64,000 nt of DNA from Deltaproteobacteria bacterium (lineage in GTDB: Bacteria > Desulfobacterota > Desulfomonilia > UBA1062). Below are positions 1 to 10,144 of the stretch, piece after piece (the stretch's first letter is position 1; each line of letters opens with the position of its first letter). Under the pieces are notes generated by a model. That model was not told where the DNA came from. It saw only the letters and a list, made by a program, of their open reading frames with translations, and made no database searches. The stretch spans positions 11,034 through 75,033 of the forward strand of contig DSBG01000092.1 of the NCBI GenBank assembly GCA_011046135.1, read 5' to 3'. Both the position numbers and the translations under genes were made by a program.

Positions 1-810
1 GTGCGGGATATTACCGAACGAAAACACGCGGAACGTGAGCGTGACCGCTACGAACTGAGGCTCGCACAGGCCCAGAAGATGGAGGCTATTGGAACGCTTG
101 CAGGGGGCATCGCCCACGATTTCAACAACATGCTCTCAGCCATTCTGGGCTATGGAGAACTGGTCAAAAGTGAGACGCCCCTTGAGAGTCGCGCACACAG
201 TTATTGTGATCAGGTTCTCAATGCAGCACTCAGGGCGCGCGAACTCGTCCAGCAGATCCTCAGCTTCGGGCGAATGTATAAGGCACAGCGGGAGCCGGTT
301 CAGGTTCACCTCATCATCAACGAAGCCCTCAAGCTTCTGGGGGCAACGATTCCTACCTCCATCGAGATAAGGAGCTCTATTGAAAAGGTTTCCACAGAAG
401 TGTTCGCAGACCCAACCGAAATCCATCAGATCATCATGAACCTCTGTACCAATGCATATCAGGCAATGGAAGAGGCAGGTGGCATACTTTCCATCGAGCT
501 CACGCGCATGACCCTCGATGAGCTCACCAGGAAATCTTTTACGGATCTTGGATCAGGTCCATATCTCAGGCTCAGGGTCAGAGACACCGGATGCGGAATG
601 GATGAGCATGTCCGGAAACACATCTTTGATCCGTTCTTCACCACAAAGGCCCCGGGAAAGGGAACCGGTTTGGGACTTGCCACTGTCCACAGGATCGTGA
701 AGGATTTGAAGGGAGAGCTCTCTCTGGAAAGCGAGCCGGGAAAGGGTACGACATTCACGATCTATCTTCCGTGCAGCAAGAAGGGCACAGAGGAAAAGAT
801 CGCCTGCTGA
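1..810 (+). CDS. sensor histidine kinase, C-terminal portion (HisKA + HATPase_c); 5' end lies outside the window
   Basis: The track ORF contains an H-box ([16 protein letters not shown]), and its ATP-binding lid motifs (DxGxG, GTGLGL) are present; the frame is open at base 1. Confidence 0.85.
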   Translation: MRDITERKHAERERDRYELRLAQAQKMEAIGTLAGGIAHDFNNMLSAILGYGELVKSETPLESRAHSYCDQVLNAALRARELVQQILSFGRMYKAQREPVQVHLIINEALKLLGATIPTSIEIRSSIEKVSTEVFADPTEIHQIIMNLCTNAYQAMEEAGGILSIELTRMTLDELTRKSFTDLGSGPYLRLRVRDTGCGMDEHVRKHIFDPFFTTKAPGKGTGLGLATVHRIVKDLKGELSLESEPGKGTTFTIYLPCSKKGTEEKIAC

Positions 811-930
811 TATCTCGTTGAGGAACCACCGTTCATCAGGAAAAGAGCATCCCAAACACCGAGGCGACGTGTTCATCGACGGGAAGAATCTCCCACACGA
901 TAACCGGGGATCGAAAGACATGAAAGAAGC

Positions 931-1005
931 TGGAGGCGGCAACCGGATTTGAACCGGTGAATAACGGTTTTGCAGACCGTCGCCTTACCACTTGGCTATG
1001 CCGCC
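931..1005 (-). tRNA. tRNA-Cys (anticodon GCA)
   Basis: The reverse complement folds as a 75-nt cloverleaf. A 7-bp acceptor stem pairs GGCGGCA with TGCCGCC. The D-arm reads GCC-AAGTGGTAA-GGC. The anticodon stem ACGGT/ACCGT carries the loop CTGCAAA, giving anticodon GCA. The T-arm is CCGG-TTCAAAT-CCGG and the 3' end is CCA. Confidence 0.85.
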
Positions 1006-1164
1006 GTGTTCCTGCAGGAAAGCATGTATCGTATACCGGGGAGTCCCCGAGAAAGTCAAGGTTCAAATACGATGACTCTCGTGGCCCGGTGTGATGGTCA
1101 GAGACGGAGAGGCTCTTCTGAGCGTCGTCCCCCCCGCACGAGGGACTCTGTGCAGGAGTTCTTG

Positions 1165-2130
1165 TTATACCTTTTCCCCTCCAGTCTCATTGGCCTGGGC
1201 GCGGATGTACTCCCGGAAGTCTCTCCCGGTACGGATGATCTCCCGCATGTCGGAACGCCGGGTCCACCTGCTGTGCAGCCAGAACCACTGGTGGGGGTAC
1301 TTTCGAACCACATCTTCCACCCATGCCTGCATGGTGTCGCTCAGGGGTTGCATGGCCTCCCTGAGGGTGCCGAAGTCTCTGGAATCCAGCGCCTCTGAGA
1401 AGACCACCCGGTAGGTGTCTCCTTCCTTGATGGCATGAACCGAGAGTACGAGGGCGTCGCCTTTCACGGCGAGAAATGCCGGGGCAGGGTTCGTCGGTGC
1501 GGGCATGCCGAAGAAGTCGCACAGGAGCCCGTCTGAGCGTTTTCCCCGCTGGTCTACCAGGATACCGATGATGTTGCCCTTCTTCAATTCTTTGACGAGC
1601 ATGAGGGCCTTGCCCGTGGGAGGCAGGATCGTGGCCCCCGAGCGTGCCCTGATACCGTCGATGATGGCCTCCAGCCGGGGGTCGTTGCGGACATCGGCCA
1701 TGACACAGAACCTGATGCCAATGACCCTGGGCAGGTGCGAGAGGACCTCCCAGTTCCCGATGTGGCCGGTGATGATCATGAGGCCGCGTCCGGTGGCGAG
1801 GGCTGCTTCGAGATGTTCCGTTCCTTCGACAACGATCCTCTTTCTGATCTCCTCATCGCCCATGAATGAGAAGCGGATCGCATCGATGAGGATGTCTCCA
1901 TGGAACATGAACACCTCTCTGACCAGGGAACTCCGGTACGCATCACCAAGGGCAGCCTTCATCTGGATCTGTGCGACCTTTCTGTGGAACCCGTCGAGGT
2001 AGTACCCGGCAAAGCCCAGGGCCCTGCCGATTGTAAGCACCGCGTTGTAGGGAAGGGTACGGATCAGGAACAGGGCTCCTGTGACGAGGTGATACTGGAG
2101 GGAGCTCAGAAGTGTGGATCGTTTTCCCAT
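1165..2130 (-). CDS. lipid A late acyltransferase, LpxL/LpxM (HtrB/MsbB) family paralog
   Basis: A 321-aa protein with an N-terminal membrane anchor and the HtrB-family core (HGDILIDAIRF...GRGLMIITGHIGNWE). It sits next to a second paralog. Confidence 0.75.
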   Translation of the reverse strand: MGKRSTLLSSLQYHLVTGALFLIRTLPYNAVLTIGRALGFAGYYLDGFHRKVAQIQMKAALGDAYRSSLVREVFMFHGDILIDAIRFSFMGDEEIRKRIVVEGTEHLEAALATGRGLMIITGHIGNWEVLSHLPRVIGIRFCVMADVRNDPRLEAIIDGIRARSGATILPPTGKALMLVKELKKGNIIGILVDQRGKRSDGLLCDFFGMPAPTNPAPAFLAVKGDALVLSVHAIKEGDTYRVVFSEALDSRDFGTLREAMQPLSDTMQAWVEDVVRKYPHQWFWLHSRWTRRSDMREIIRTGRDFREYIRAQANETGGEKV

Positions 2131-2142
2131 GAATGCTCGCCG

Positions 2143-3153
2143 CTACTGTTCTCGGGATCTGTCTGCATACGTGTTCGCCTGGGCAATGACATACGCTCTG
2201 AAGTCCAGACCCTTCCTGATGATGCGCCCCATGTCTTTTCTCCGCGTCCACCTGCTGTGGAGCCAGAGCCACTGCTCGGGATGTTCCCGTACCACGGAAC
2301 TCACCCATGCCTGCATCCAGGTGCTCAACTCCTGGACAGCGCGTGATTTCCAGGAATCAAAGACCGAGTCTATCTGGGTGTAGTCGTCCTGATAGGACCG
2401 GGTGTCAATGGGTTGTTCGAAACGGAACCGGTAATGATCACCTTCCTTGATGGTTGCCACTGGTATGACAAGGGCATCCCCCTTGAGCGCTATGAAGGCA
2501 GGGGCAGGGTTTGTAGGTGCAGGCATGCCGAGGAAGTCGCAGAAGAGTCCGGAATCCCGCTTTCCCATCTGGTCGATGACAAATCCCACGAGTCGACCCT
2601 TCTTCAGTTCCTTGATGAGCATGGGAACCATGCCTCCCTTCGGGGGAAGGTAGACGAATCCGCACCGGGATCGGATGTCCTCCATGATGGCCTGGATCCG
2701 GGGGTTCTTGTGGATGCGGCCCATGACACAGAACTCGATCCCGAGCAGTCTTGGGATATTTCCGAGGACCTCCCAGTTCATGTGGGCCGTGATCCCCAGC
2801 ACCCCCCGCCCTGAAGAGAGCACTGCCTCAAGGTTTTCTCTTCCCTCGATCACCACCCGTTTCTTAATCTCGTCATCGTCCAGGTAGGCGAACCTCAGGG
2901 CATCGATCATGAGCAGGACCTGGTTGATGAACACCTTTTTAGTAATGAGCGTTTCTTCTCCCCTGGTGCCCAGGGCGTGGCGGATCTGGAGGTTGCTGAT
3001 CCTTCGGTGGAGGGGGTCGAGGATCCACCCGAGGATTCCCAACGTTTTTCCCACAGCAACCACCAACGGATAGGGCAGGGATCGGATGAGAAAGAGGACA
3101 GTGCTGAACATGAGGGATTGGATCTCTCCAGCAATTCGATGTGCGATCTTCAT
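2143..3153 (-). CDS. lpxL: lipid A biosynthesis lauroyl/myristoyl acyltransferase (LpxL family)
   Basis: A 336-aa protein co-linear with the neighbouring paralog (VLFLIRSLPYP...ITAHMNWEVL) and directly upstream of gmhB-lpxK. Confidence 0.75.
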   Translation of the reverse strand: MKIAHRIAGEIQSLMFSTVLFLIRSLPYPLVVAVGKTLGILGWILDPLHRRISNLQIRHALGTRGEETLITKKVFINQVLLMIDALRFAYLDDDEIKKRVVIEGRENLEAVLSSGRGVLGITAHMNWEVLGNIPRLLGIEFCVMGRIHKNPRIQAIMEDIRSRCGFVYLPPKGGMVPMLIKELKKGRLVGFVIDQMGKRDSGLFCDFLGMPAPTNPAPAFIALKGDALVIPVATIKEGDHYRFRFEQPIDTRSYQDDYTQIDSVFDSWKSRAVQELSTWMQAWVSSVVREHPEQWLWLHSRWTRRKDMGRIIRKGLDFRAYVIAQANTYADRSREQ

Positions 3154-3702
3154 GGGGTCATGTCCTCCAGGATCCAGGAAACTGCCTCGGGCAGATCCCG
3201 TGCAATAAAATCAGCGCTGTGGTTGTGCATATCCATAACACTTGTTCTCAGGAGAATCCCTGTTCCCCCGACCCGGTGGATGGTTTCAATATCGTCGGGC
3301 TTGTCGCCTATCATATAGCATGCCCCGAGGTCCATGCCAAACTCTTGCGCTGCCTTCAAAAGCATTCCGGGCTGTGGTTTCCGGCACGAGCAGTGCATGC
3401 GATACGCGCTCACCGTACCATCGGGGTGGTGCGGGCAATAATAGATCCCGTCGATGCGTGCCCCCTGTTTGAGAAGAAGGCTAAGAAGCCGACCATGAAT
3501 GTCTGCGAGGATGGCTTCATCAAGAAATCCCCGCGCGATTCCCGACTGGTTCGTGGTCACGATGACCGGGATCCCCCGCTCATTGAGCATTTTCAGGGCA
3601 CGGGGTACCCCGGGAAGGATCTCGATCCCGTCGGGGTCTCTCAGGTAGTTCTTGTCCCGGATGATGGTATCATCCCTGTCGAGAAATACGCCTGTTCCTG
3701 AC
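3150..3702 (-). CDS. gmhB: D-glycero-D-manno-heptose 1,7-bisphosphate phosphatase (HAD family, GmhB-like)
   Basis: It carries an FLDRDDTI motif resembling the HAD DxDGT motif I, plus a C-terminal Cys cluster. The likely start is a TTG at 3702 preceded by AAGGAGA; the track ORF extends further 5' into lpxK. Confidence 0.7.
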
Positions 3703-4632
3703 AATGGTCTCGATCTCCTTGAGAATGGGTTCCATGGAGTCCATCCTGAGCGCAATCCTGACGCTCAAGAGCCTCTCTTTGACGTCTTGAATCCAGGGAT
3801 GTTCTATTCTGACAAGATCTTTCTCCGTGGTGATGATGAGATCCGACCCCTGGGCTTCTCTGACAATCATGCGCATGTCTCCGGCTGTGTAGGTATAGTG
3901 GTCTGCAAACACCCGTGAGGTTACTTGGGCCCCCAGGCTTCTCAATCCCGAGAGAAACCCTTCCGGGCGTGCGATTCCGCAGAAGGCGAACACCTTTTTT
4001 CCAAGAACGCTGGACAGGTCATGGGTGTTCCCGCTTACGTCTACAAAACAGCTCATCTCAATAGAAGCCTTCAGGGCATACGAGGAATTCTCCTTGGTGG
4101 AGATGATGATGTGTGCGCGGCTCAGGGAGGACAGGGGTTCTCTCAGGTGTCCTGCGGGAAGGAGGACCTCGCCGTCGAGGTTTCTTGACACGAGCACGAT
4201 ATCCAGGTCGCGGTGAATCCTGCGATGCTGGAACCCATCGTCGAGGATCACGAGGTCCGCATCGAGTTCGCTATACGCGAACCACGCTCCTTTCACCCGG
4301 TCGGGGGACTTTATCACCGGCACCCTGGTGGTCTGGGCCATGAGCAGGGCCTCGTCGCCCACATCGCGGCTCGAATGAGAACCGGTTACGAGCAGCGGAC
4401 CTGTGAGCCTGCCCCGATATCCCCTGGTGAGGATCACACAGCGGTGGCCTCGTTCCTTGAGCCTGCCTGAAAGCGCCATGACAAAAGGGGTCTTCCCGGT
4501 ACCACCGGTCTCGATGTTTCCGACACTGATGATCGCCGGTGGGGTGCGATGAACCGCCAGGATGCCCGCATCATAGAGGGCGTTGCGCCAGGATACGGCC
4601 CTGCCGTAGAGTGTTGAGAGGATCCTACTCAT
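3670..4632 (-). CDS. lpxK: tetraacyldisaccharide 4'-kinase
   Basis: A P-loop GGTGKTP in an LpxK-like context (VISVGNIETGGTGKTPFV). The start is taken as MSRIL at 4632, overlapping the msbA stop by 8 nt. Confidence 0.85.
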   Translation of the reverse strand: MSRILSTLYGRAVSWRNALYDAGILAVHRTPPAIISVGNIETGGTGKTPFVMALSGRLKERGHRCVILTRGYRGRLTGPLLVTGSHSSRDVGDEALLMAQTTRVPVIKSPDRVKGAWFAYSELDADLVILDDGFQHRRIHRDLDIVLVSRNLDGEVLLPAGHLREPLSSLSRAHIIISTKENSSYALKASIEMSCFVDVSGNTHDLSSVLGKKVFAFCGIARPEGFLSGLRSLGAQVTSRVFADHYTYTAGDMRMIVREAQGSDLIITTEKDLVRIEHPWIQDVKERLLSVRIALRMDSMEPILKEIETIVRNRRISRQG

Positions 4633-6388
4633 TGGAGAACTGAAGGCTGTACAGCCTTGTGTAATGGCCGTTTCGTGCGAGGAGGTTTTCATGGGTGCCC
4701 TGTTCCACGATGCTGCCCTGGGAGAGAACGATGATCCAATCCGCGTTCACGATCGTGGAGAGACGATGTGCAATCACCAGCGAGGTTCTGCCCTTCATGA
4801 GCTTGTCCATGGCTGACTGGACCTCACGTTCAGATTCCGTGTCCAGCGACGAGGTCGCCTCGTCCAGGATGAGGATGGGAGCGTCCTTGATGATGGCCCT
4901 GGCGATACAGATCCGCTGTTTCTGGCCTCCTGAAAGCCGCACCCCTGATTCGCCGATGACGGTATCGTAGCCCTGTTCCATGTCCTCGATGAATTCATGG
5001 GCATTGGCAGACCGTGCGGCTTGGATGATTTCATCCATTGAGGCGGTCTCTAATCCATAGGCGATGTTTGCCTTCACCGTGTCGTTGAACAGGATCATTT
5101 CCTGGGTTACCATGGCGATGTTGTCTCGCAGCGAGGCCAGCGTCACCTCCCTGATGTCGGTTCCATTCACCAGGATGTTCCCGCTGGTGACGTCGAAGAG
5201 TCTCGGCAGGAGATTGGCGATGGTGGTCTTCCCGGAGCCGGATTCTCCCACCAAGGCCACCTGCATCCCGGCTTTTGCCTGGAACGTGATTCCCTTGAGG
5301 GCATACTCCTCACACCCGTGATACCTGAACCACACGTCCTGAAATTCGAAATCGCCTCGTATCCTGCCGATTTTTTCCGCGCCCGGTTTCTCGGTGATCT
5401 CCGGGGTGGTATCGAGCACGGAGAAAATTCTCTTCGCCGCAGCGATTCCCTCCTGGATCTCGATATTCACGTTGTTGAGCTTTCGAATCGGTGAGTAGAG
5501 CAGGCCAAGCCCCAGGATGAACGATCCGAACTCACCCGGCGTGATGGACCCACTGATCACCTTCATCCCCCCGATCCAGAGGATGCTGGCAAAGGCAAGG
5601 CCGCCGATGAGTTCTATCAGGGGTCCGGAGATGGCACGAATGGCGATTCTCCTCATCCAGTTGCGATAGTACCTTCGATTTTCAGCGGAGAACCTCGTTT
5701 TCTCGTAGTTCTCCATGTTGTACGCCTTCACGATCCTGATGCCGCTGATGCCTTCGTCCAGGATACTCATGACATCTCCCATGACCTTCATGCTCCTGGT
5801 GGAGTAGCGCTTGAGTTTCTGTCCGAACCTGATAATGGGGTAGATCACCAGGGGAAAGACCACCATGGAGATGAGGGCGAGCTGCCAGTCCCGGTAGAAC
5901 ACCACGAACACGAGTCCTACCAGCGTGAAGGATTCCCTGATGAACCCGGTGATGGCGTTGGTGACAGAAGACTGGACCATGTTGACATCGTTGGTGATCC
6001 GGGAGATGAGGACTCCTGTGGGCGTTTTGAGAAAAAACGGCATGGACAGGGTCTGTATATGTGCGTAGAGCTGATCCCGCAGGTCCATGATGATGCGCTG
6101 GCCCACATCGGCAACGTAGTAGTAGCTGAAGTAATCACTGACACCCCTGATGAGGTAGATGGCGATGATCACGAGCGGGAAGACCTTCAGCATGAAGAGA
6201 TCCTGCTCGATCAGGATGTCATCCACCACGTATTTGAACAGCAGTGCCAGCAGCCCTGTTGTCCCGGATATGAAGAGCGTCAGAAACAGGGAAAAAGCCA
6301 GCTTGTGCCAGTAGGGCCTGATGTATCCCAGGAGCCTTCTGTAGATCCCGGTGTCCTTGATGGTTAGTGAAGCATCTCGCAGATCCAC
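4625..6388 (-). CDS. msbA: lipid A export ABC transporter, fused permease/ATPase (MsbA)
   Basis: A 587-aa protein with six N-terminal transmembrane segments, Walker A GESGSGKT, the ABC signature LSGGQKQR and Walker B ILILDEATS. It lies between lpxK and lpxB. Confidence 0.85.
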   Translation of the reverse strand: MDLRDASLTIKDTGIYRRLLGYIRPYWHKLAFSLFLTLFISGTTGLLALLFKYVVDDILIEQDLFMLKVFPLVIIAIYLIRGVSDYFSYYYVADVGQRIIMDLRDQLYAHIQTLSMPFFLKTPTGVLISRITNDVNMVQSSVTNAITGFIRESFTLVGLVFVVFYRDWQLALISMVVFPLVIYPIIRFGQKLKRYSTRSMKVMGDVMSILDEGISGIRIVKAYNMENYEKTRFSAENRRYYRNWMRRIAIRAISGPLIELIGGLAFASILWIGGMKVISGSITPGEFGSFILGLGLLYSPIRKLNNVNIEIQEGIAAAKRIFSVLDTTPEITEKPGAEKIGRIRGDFEFQDVWFRYHGCEEYALKGITFQAKAGMQVALVGESGSGKTTIANLLPRLFDVTSGNILVNGTDIREVTLASLRDNIAMVTQEMILFNDTVKANIAYGLETASMDEIIQAARSANAHEFIEDMEQGYDTVIGESGVRLSGGQKQRICIARAIIKDAPILILDEATSSLDTESEREVQSAMDKLMKGRTSLVIAHRLSTIVNADWIIVLSQGSIVEQGTHENLLARNGHYTRLYSLQFSNE

Positions 6389-7449
6389 TGTGCAACTCCT
6401 TGTGATGCCTTTTTCGTACCAAGAAGATCCCGCATGTGGGAAAAGGCGTTCCTTGTTTGGCAGAAAAGAGATCTATCCTGGATAAACCGCAGGAGGAACT
6501 CGGCCAGGCGGGTTCCGGTGAACTCGTGCTGGATGAGTTCGGGAACGATGCGTTTCCCAGAGATGATGTTCGGCATGCCGATGTGGGGTATCTTCACGAA
6601 GGAACTGGCAATGCAGTAGTTGATACGTGATGTTCTGTAGCAGATAATTTCGGGAATGCCTCGGACTGCCAGTTCGAGGGTCGATGTGCCGGATTTCACC
6701 ATGGCAAGGTCAACCTCGGGCAGTTCGCCGGTGAGCTCGATATCACCATCTACCAGCTTCTCGATGTCTCCGGGTTCCAGCCCAGGTGCCACAGGGAGGA
6801 GCCAGGAGATCTCGGGATGCTTTTCTCCCACGATGCGTTTCGCTTCCAGCATCACGGGAAGGATCTGTGAAATTTCGTGTGATCTGCTTCCGGGAAGCAG
6901 GGCAATACGCTTCGGAGGCCAGGAGACTTCTGCCATTTCACGTGCCAATTCCATAATGGGGTGGCCCACGTAGCGCGCGTTTACACCAAAGGAGCGGAAG
7001 AATTCCTCTTCGAAGGGAAAGATGACTGCAAGGCCATTGGTGATCTTGGAAAGGTGTTCAGCCCGGGACCGCCGCCAGGCCCAGGCCTGTGGAGCGATGT
7101 AGTAGAGCGTCCTGAACCCGTGCGCATGAGCCCTGCGGGCAATCCTCATGTTGAAGTCCGGCAGGTCGAGCAGGACCACGATGTCGGGGTTTCTCTGCTT
7201 CATGAGGTGCGTTAGCCCCTGGTAGACTTTCAGAATCCTTCCCATTTTAGGGATCACGTCAGAAAAGCCCATAACAGAGAGTTCATCCATGGAATAGACG
7301 CACTCCATGCCCGAGGCTTCCATCGCAGGACCACCCATGCCGAAAAAAGCGACACCATCATCAAGGGTCCTCACGGCCCTTATGACCTGTGAAGCGTGTC
7401 TGTCGGCGCTTGGTTCCCCTGCTACCATGAGGATGTTCTTCATAGTCAT
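6364..7449 (-). CDS. lpxB: lipid-A-disaccharide synthase
   Basis: A 361-aa GT19-family protein (MVAGEPSADRHA...YYIAPQAWAWR). Confidence 0.9.
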   Translation of the reverse strand: MTMKNILMVAGEPSADRHASQVIRAVRTLDDGVAFFGMGGPAMEASGMECVYSMDELSVMGFSDVIPKMGRILKVYQGLTHLMKQRNPDIVVLLDLPDFNMRIARRAHAHGFRTLYYIAPQAWAWRRSRAEHLSKITNGLAVIFPFEEEFFRSFGVNARYVGHPIMELAREMAEVSWPPKRIALLPGSRSHEISQILPVMLEAKRIVGEKHPEISWLLPVAPGLEPGDIEKLVDGDIELTGELPEVDLAMVKSGTSTLELAVRGIPEIICYRTSRINYCIASSFVKIPHIGMPNIISGKRIVPELIQHEFTGTRLAEFLLRFIQDRSLFCQTRNAFSHMRDLLGTKKASQGVAQWICEMLH

Positions 7450-7453
7450 CGCC

Positions 7454-8374
7454 CTAGGGCACGACCATCGAATCTTTTACCCGATACGCCATTTCTACGG
7501 CCTTGAGTCCGGCTTCCCCGTCCACTTCGACCTGGCTGCCCTCTCGCACCGCATCCACGAACGATCGGAGCTCAGCAGCCAGGGCGTCGGAATCATCAAT
7601 CTTAAGGTGGGTGTGGGTGATCTCTCTGTGCTCAGTGAGGGTGTAGATATCCACGGCGGACTGTGCAAAATCAATGGAGATATACGAGTCGCTCTGGAAA
7701 ATTCTGATCTTGCGCATGATCTCAGCACTGACCCTGCTTGCGGTGATATTGGCGATACACCCCGAGGCAAACTTGATCCTTGCATTGGCTATGTCGACCG
7801 AGCCCGTGAGGACCGGGACTCCAACGGATTCCACGGAGGTAACCTCTGAGGTGACCAGAGAGAGAATGATGTCGAGGTCATGGATCATGATGTCCAGGAT
7901 CACATCCACGTCCGCCCCGCGCTGCCTGAAGGGGCTTATCCGGTGAGCCTCGATGAACATGGGGTGCGTGATACTCGACTGAAGGTGCTTCAGGGCGGGG
8001 TTGAACCGCTCCAGGTGGCCGATCTGGAGCATGGCGGAGCCTCTGTGTGCTGCATCGATGAGAGAGACAGCGTCTTCGATGCGTGCCGCGATTGGTTTTT
8101 CCAGCAGGACGGCGATCCCCCGTTCCAGAAACGGCATCGCCACCTCGGCATGAGCGCTCGTGGGTACTGCGATGCTGACTGCATCGAGACGGTCAATGAT
8201 CCCCTCTGCTGAGGTGTAGGCTTGAGTGCCTGTTTCCCGGGAAACAAGGACCGCACGATCTTGATCGATATCCACCACCCCAAGGAGTTCGACATCCTCC
8301 ATGGCGGCGTACTTAAGGGCGTGGAATCTGCCGAGATACCCGACGCCGATCACGGCGGCCTTGAGGGGATTCAT
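7454..8374 (-). CDS. Gfo/Idh/MocA-family NAD(P)-dependent oxidoreductase (GnnA-like UDP-GlcNAc 3-dehydrogenase candidate)
   Basis: It has an N-terminal Rossmann motif AVIGVGYLGRFH and the family EKP motif (LLEKPIA). Its stop and start overlap lpxA by 4 nt (ATGA), and it sits between lpxA and lpxB. Confidence 0.75.
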   Translation of the reverse strand: MNPLKAAVIGVGYLGRFHALKYAAMEDVELLGVVDIDQDRAVLVSRETGTQAYTSAEGIIDRLDAVSIAVPTSAHAEVAMPFLERGIAVLLEKPIAARIEDAVSLIDAAHRGSAMLQIGHLERFNPALKHLQSSITHPMFIEAHRISPFRQRGADVDVILDIMIHDLDIILSLVTSEVTSVESVGVPVLTGSVDIANARIKFASGCIANITASRVSAEIMRKIRIFQSDSYISIDFAQSAVDIYTLTEHREITHTHLKIDDSDALAAELRSFVDAVREGSQVEVDGEAGLKAVEMAYRVKDSMVVP

Positions 8375-9144
8375 CTCGCGATACCCCGGGTCGAGGTGGA
8401 GAGGAACTCCACCAGCGCGCGGATCTCTTCCTCGGTGATCTCTTGTCTCAGCGCCTCGATAGCGTCTTTCAGGAGCAGTCCCTGCTTGAAGATGGTGCGG
8501 TAGGCCTTCTCGACCCGCTTGATCTGATCTGGTCTGAAACCGTTTCTCTTCAGTCCGATGGAGTTGACCCCGAACAGACGGGCACGGTCTCCTGCGGCGC
8601 GGGCATAGGGGACGATATCGAGACTTACCATGGATCCGCCCCCGATAATGGCATAGGCCCCGATGCGGGTAAACTGATGGATTGCGGAGAGGCCGCCGAT
8701 GATGGCATGATCCTGGATCTTCACATGGCCGGCCAGCGTCGCGAGATTGCCCATGACCACATGATTGCCGATGACGCAGTCATGGGCCACGTGGCAATAA
8801 GCCATGATGAGGTTGTTGTTCCCGATGGACGTGACTCCCCTGTCCTTAACGGTCCCCCGGTTGATGGTAACGAACTCCCGGATGGTGTTGTTTTCACCGA
8901 TGACCAGCCGTGTGTCCTCGCCACGATACGAGTGGTCCTGCGGGGGGGTTCCGATGCTCGCATATCCGGTGAAGGTGCAATTTCCTCCGATCTCGGCAGG
9001 ACCCCGAATCATGCAGTAGGGACCGATGGTGGTCTTCGCTCCGATGGATGTCCTCTCCCCGATCGTTGCATAGGGGCCGACGACCACATCGTCTGCAAGC
9101 TCAGCCCCATCGGCGATTAGGGCGGTGGGATCAATCTTTGCCAA
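8371..9144 (-). CDS. lpxA: acyl-ACP:UDP-N-acetylglucosamine O-acyltransferase
   Basis: Left-handed beta-helix hexapeptide repeats and an LpxA-specific C-terminal helical domain. The likely start is a TTG at 9144, 10 nt after AAGGAGG; the track ORF's extra N-terminal 99 aa overlap lpxD out of frame. Confidence 0.85.
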   Translation of the reverse strand: MAKIDPTALIADGAELADDVVVGPYATIGERTSIGAKTTIGPYCMIRGPAEIGGNCTFTGYASIGTPPQDHSYRGEDTRLVIGENNTIREFVTINRGTVKDRGVTSIGNNNLIMAYCHVAHDCVIGNHVVMGNLATLAGHVKIQDHAIIGGLSAIHQFTRIGAYAIIGGGSMVSLDIVPYARAAGDRARLFGVNSIGLKRNGFRPDQIKRVEKAYRTIFKQGLLLKDAIEALRQEITEEEIRALVEFLSTSTRGIAR

Positions 9145-10141
9145 TGGATTCGAGCCTCCTTTCCAGAGAGCGTATGCGCTTGAGCATTTCGGGAAGGTCC
9201 TTGTACACCTTCTGTACCCGGAGCCAGTGTCGGTGATCCATTGCGGGGAACCCCGAGACCACGCTCCCGGCAGCGAGATCCGATGCGATTCCAGCCCTGG
9301 CTGCTGCAACACAGCCGTCACCGATGGTGATATGTCCCCCGATTCCGCACTGGCCGGCAAGAACGACGTTTGACCCGATCTGTGCACTGCCCGAGATCCC
9401 GGTCTGAGAGACGATGATGGTGTGTTCACCGATGACAACATTGTGACCCACCTGGATGAGATTGTCCATCTTCACGCCGCTGCCGATCCTGGTGCTGGTG
9501 AGCGCTGCACGGTCGATCGTGCAGTTGCTCCCGATCTCGACATGGTCGCCGATGATCACGATCCCCTTCTGGGGGATCTTCACATGGCGGGACCCGTCCC
9601 AGACAAAGCCGAATCCGTCCGATCCAATGACGACGCCGCTGTGGATAATGCAGTTGCTGCCCAGGGTACATCCGTCATAGATCACGACATTCGGATAACA
9701 GACAGTCTGATCGCCGATGGTGACGTTTGCACCGAGATAGCACCCGGGATAGATGATGCACCCCTTCGATACCCTGGCACCGGCACCAACGTTCACGTGA
9801 GGGTAGATGCATGCCCCCGCATCGACAGAAGCATCGGGATGGATACAGGCCAGGGGGGATATTCCCGGCTCAGGGGTTTCATCGGGGTATACGAGAGACA
9901 CGACGCGGGCGAAATAGAGGTAGGGGTCCTTCGTGATGATCTGGGGAATGGCAGTTTCGATCTCGTGGGCGACAATGATCGCTCCTGCACGAGAGGTCTT
10001 CACCCTGTCCCTGTACTTCGGGTTTGCAAGAAACGTGATCTCGTCTGAGGATGCCTCCTCAAGGGTGGATGCTCCGGAGACAACCCGATCCTCTCCCTTG
10101 AGAATTCCGCCGAGTTCTGTAACGAGATCACTCAGGCGCAT
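9131..10141 (-). CDS. lpxD: UDP-3-O-acylglucosamine N-acyltransferase
   Basis: A 336-aa protein with an N-terminal uridine-binding domain, hexapeptide repeats and a C-terminal helix, typical of LpxD. Confidence 0.9.
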   Translation of the reverse strand: MRLSDLVTELGGILKGEDRVVSGASTLEEASSDEITFLANPKYRDRVKTSRAGAIIVAHEIETAIPQIITKDPYLYFARVVSLVYPDETPEPGISPLACIHPDASVDAGACIYPHVNVGAGARVSKGCIIYPGCYLGANVTIGDQTVCYPNVVIYDGCTLGSNCIIHSGVVIGSDGFGFVWDGSRHVKIPQKGIVIIGDHVEIGSNCTIDRAALTSTRIGSGVKMDNLIQVGHNVVIGEHTIIVSQTGISGSAQIGSNVVLAGQCGIGGHITIGDGCVAAARAGIASDLAAGSVVSGFPAMDHRHWLRVQKVYKDLPEMLKRIRSLERRLESIGKD

Positions 10142-10144
10142 GGG

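Noticed and set aside
970-2346. Two similar plus-strand ORFs (970-1398 and 1900-2346) sharing a PEPL…HPCLH motif
   Set aside because: They are antisense echoes of the duplicated lpxL paralogs, not a repeat family or separate genes.
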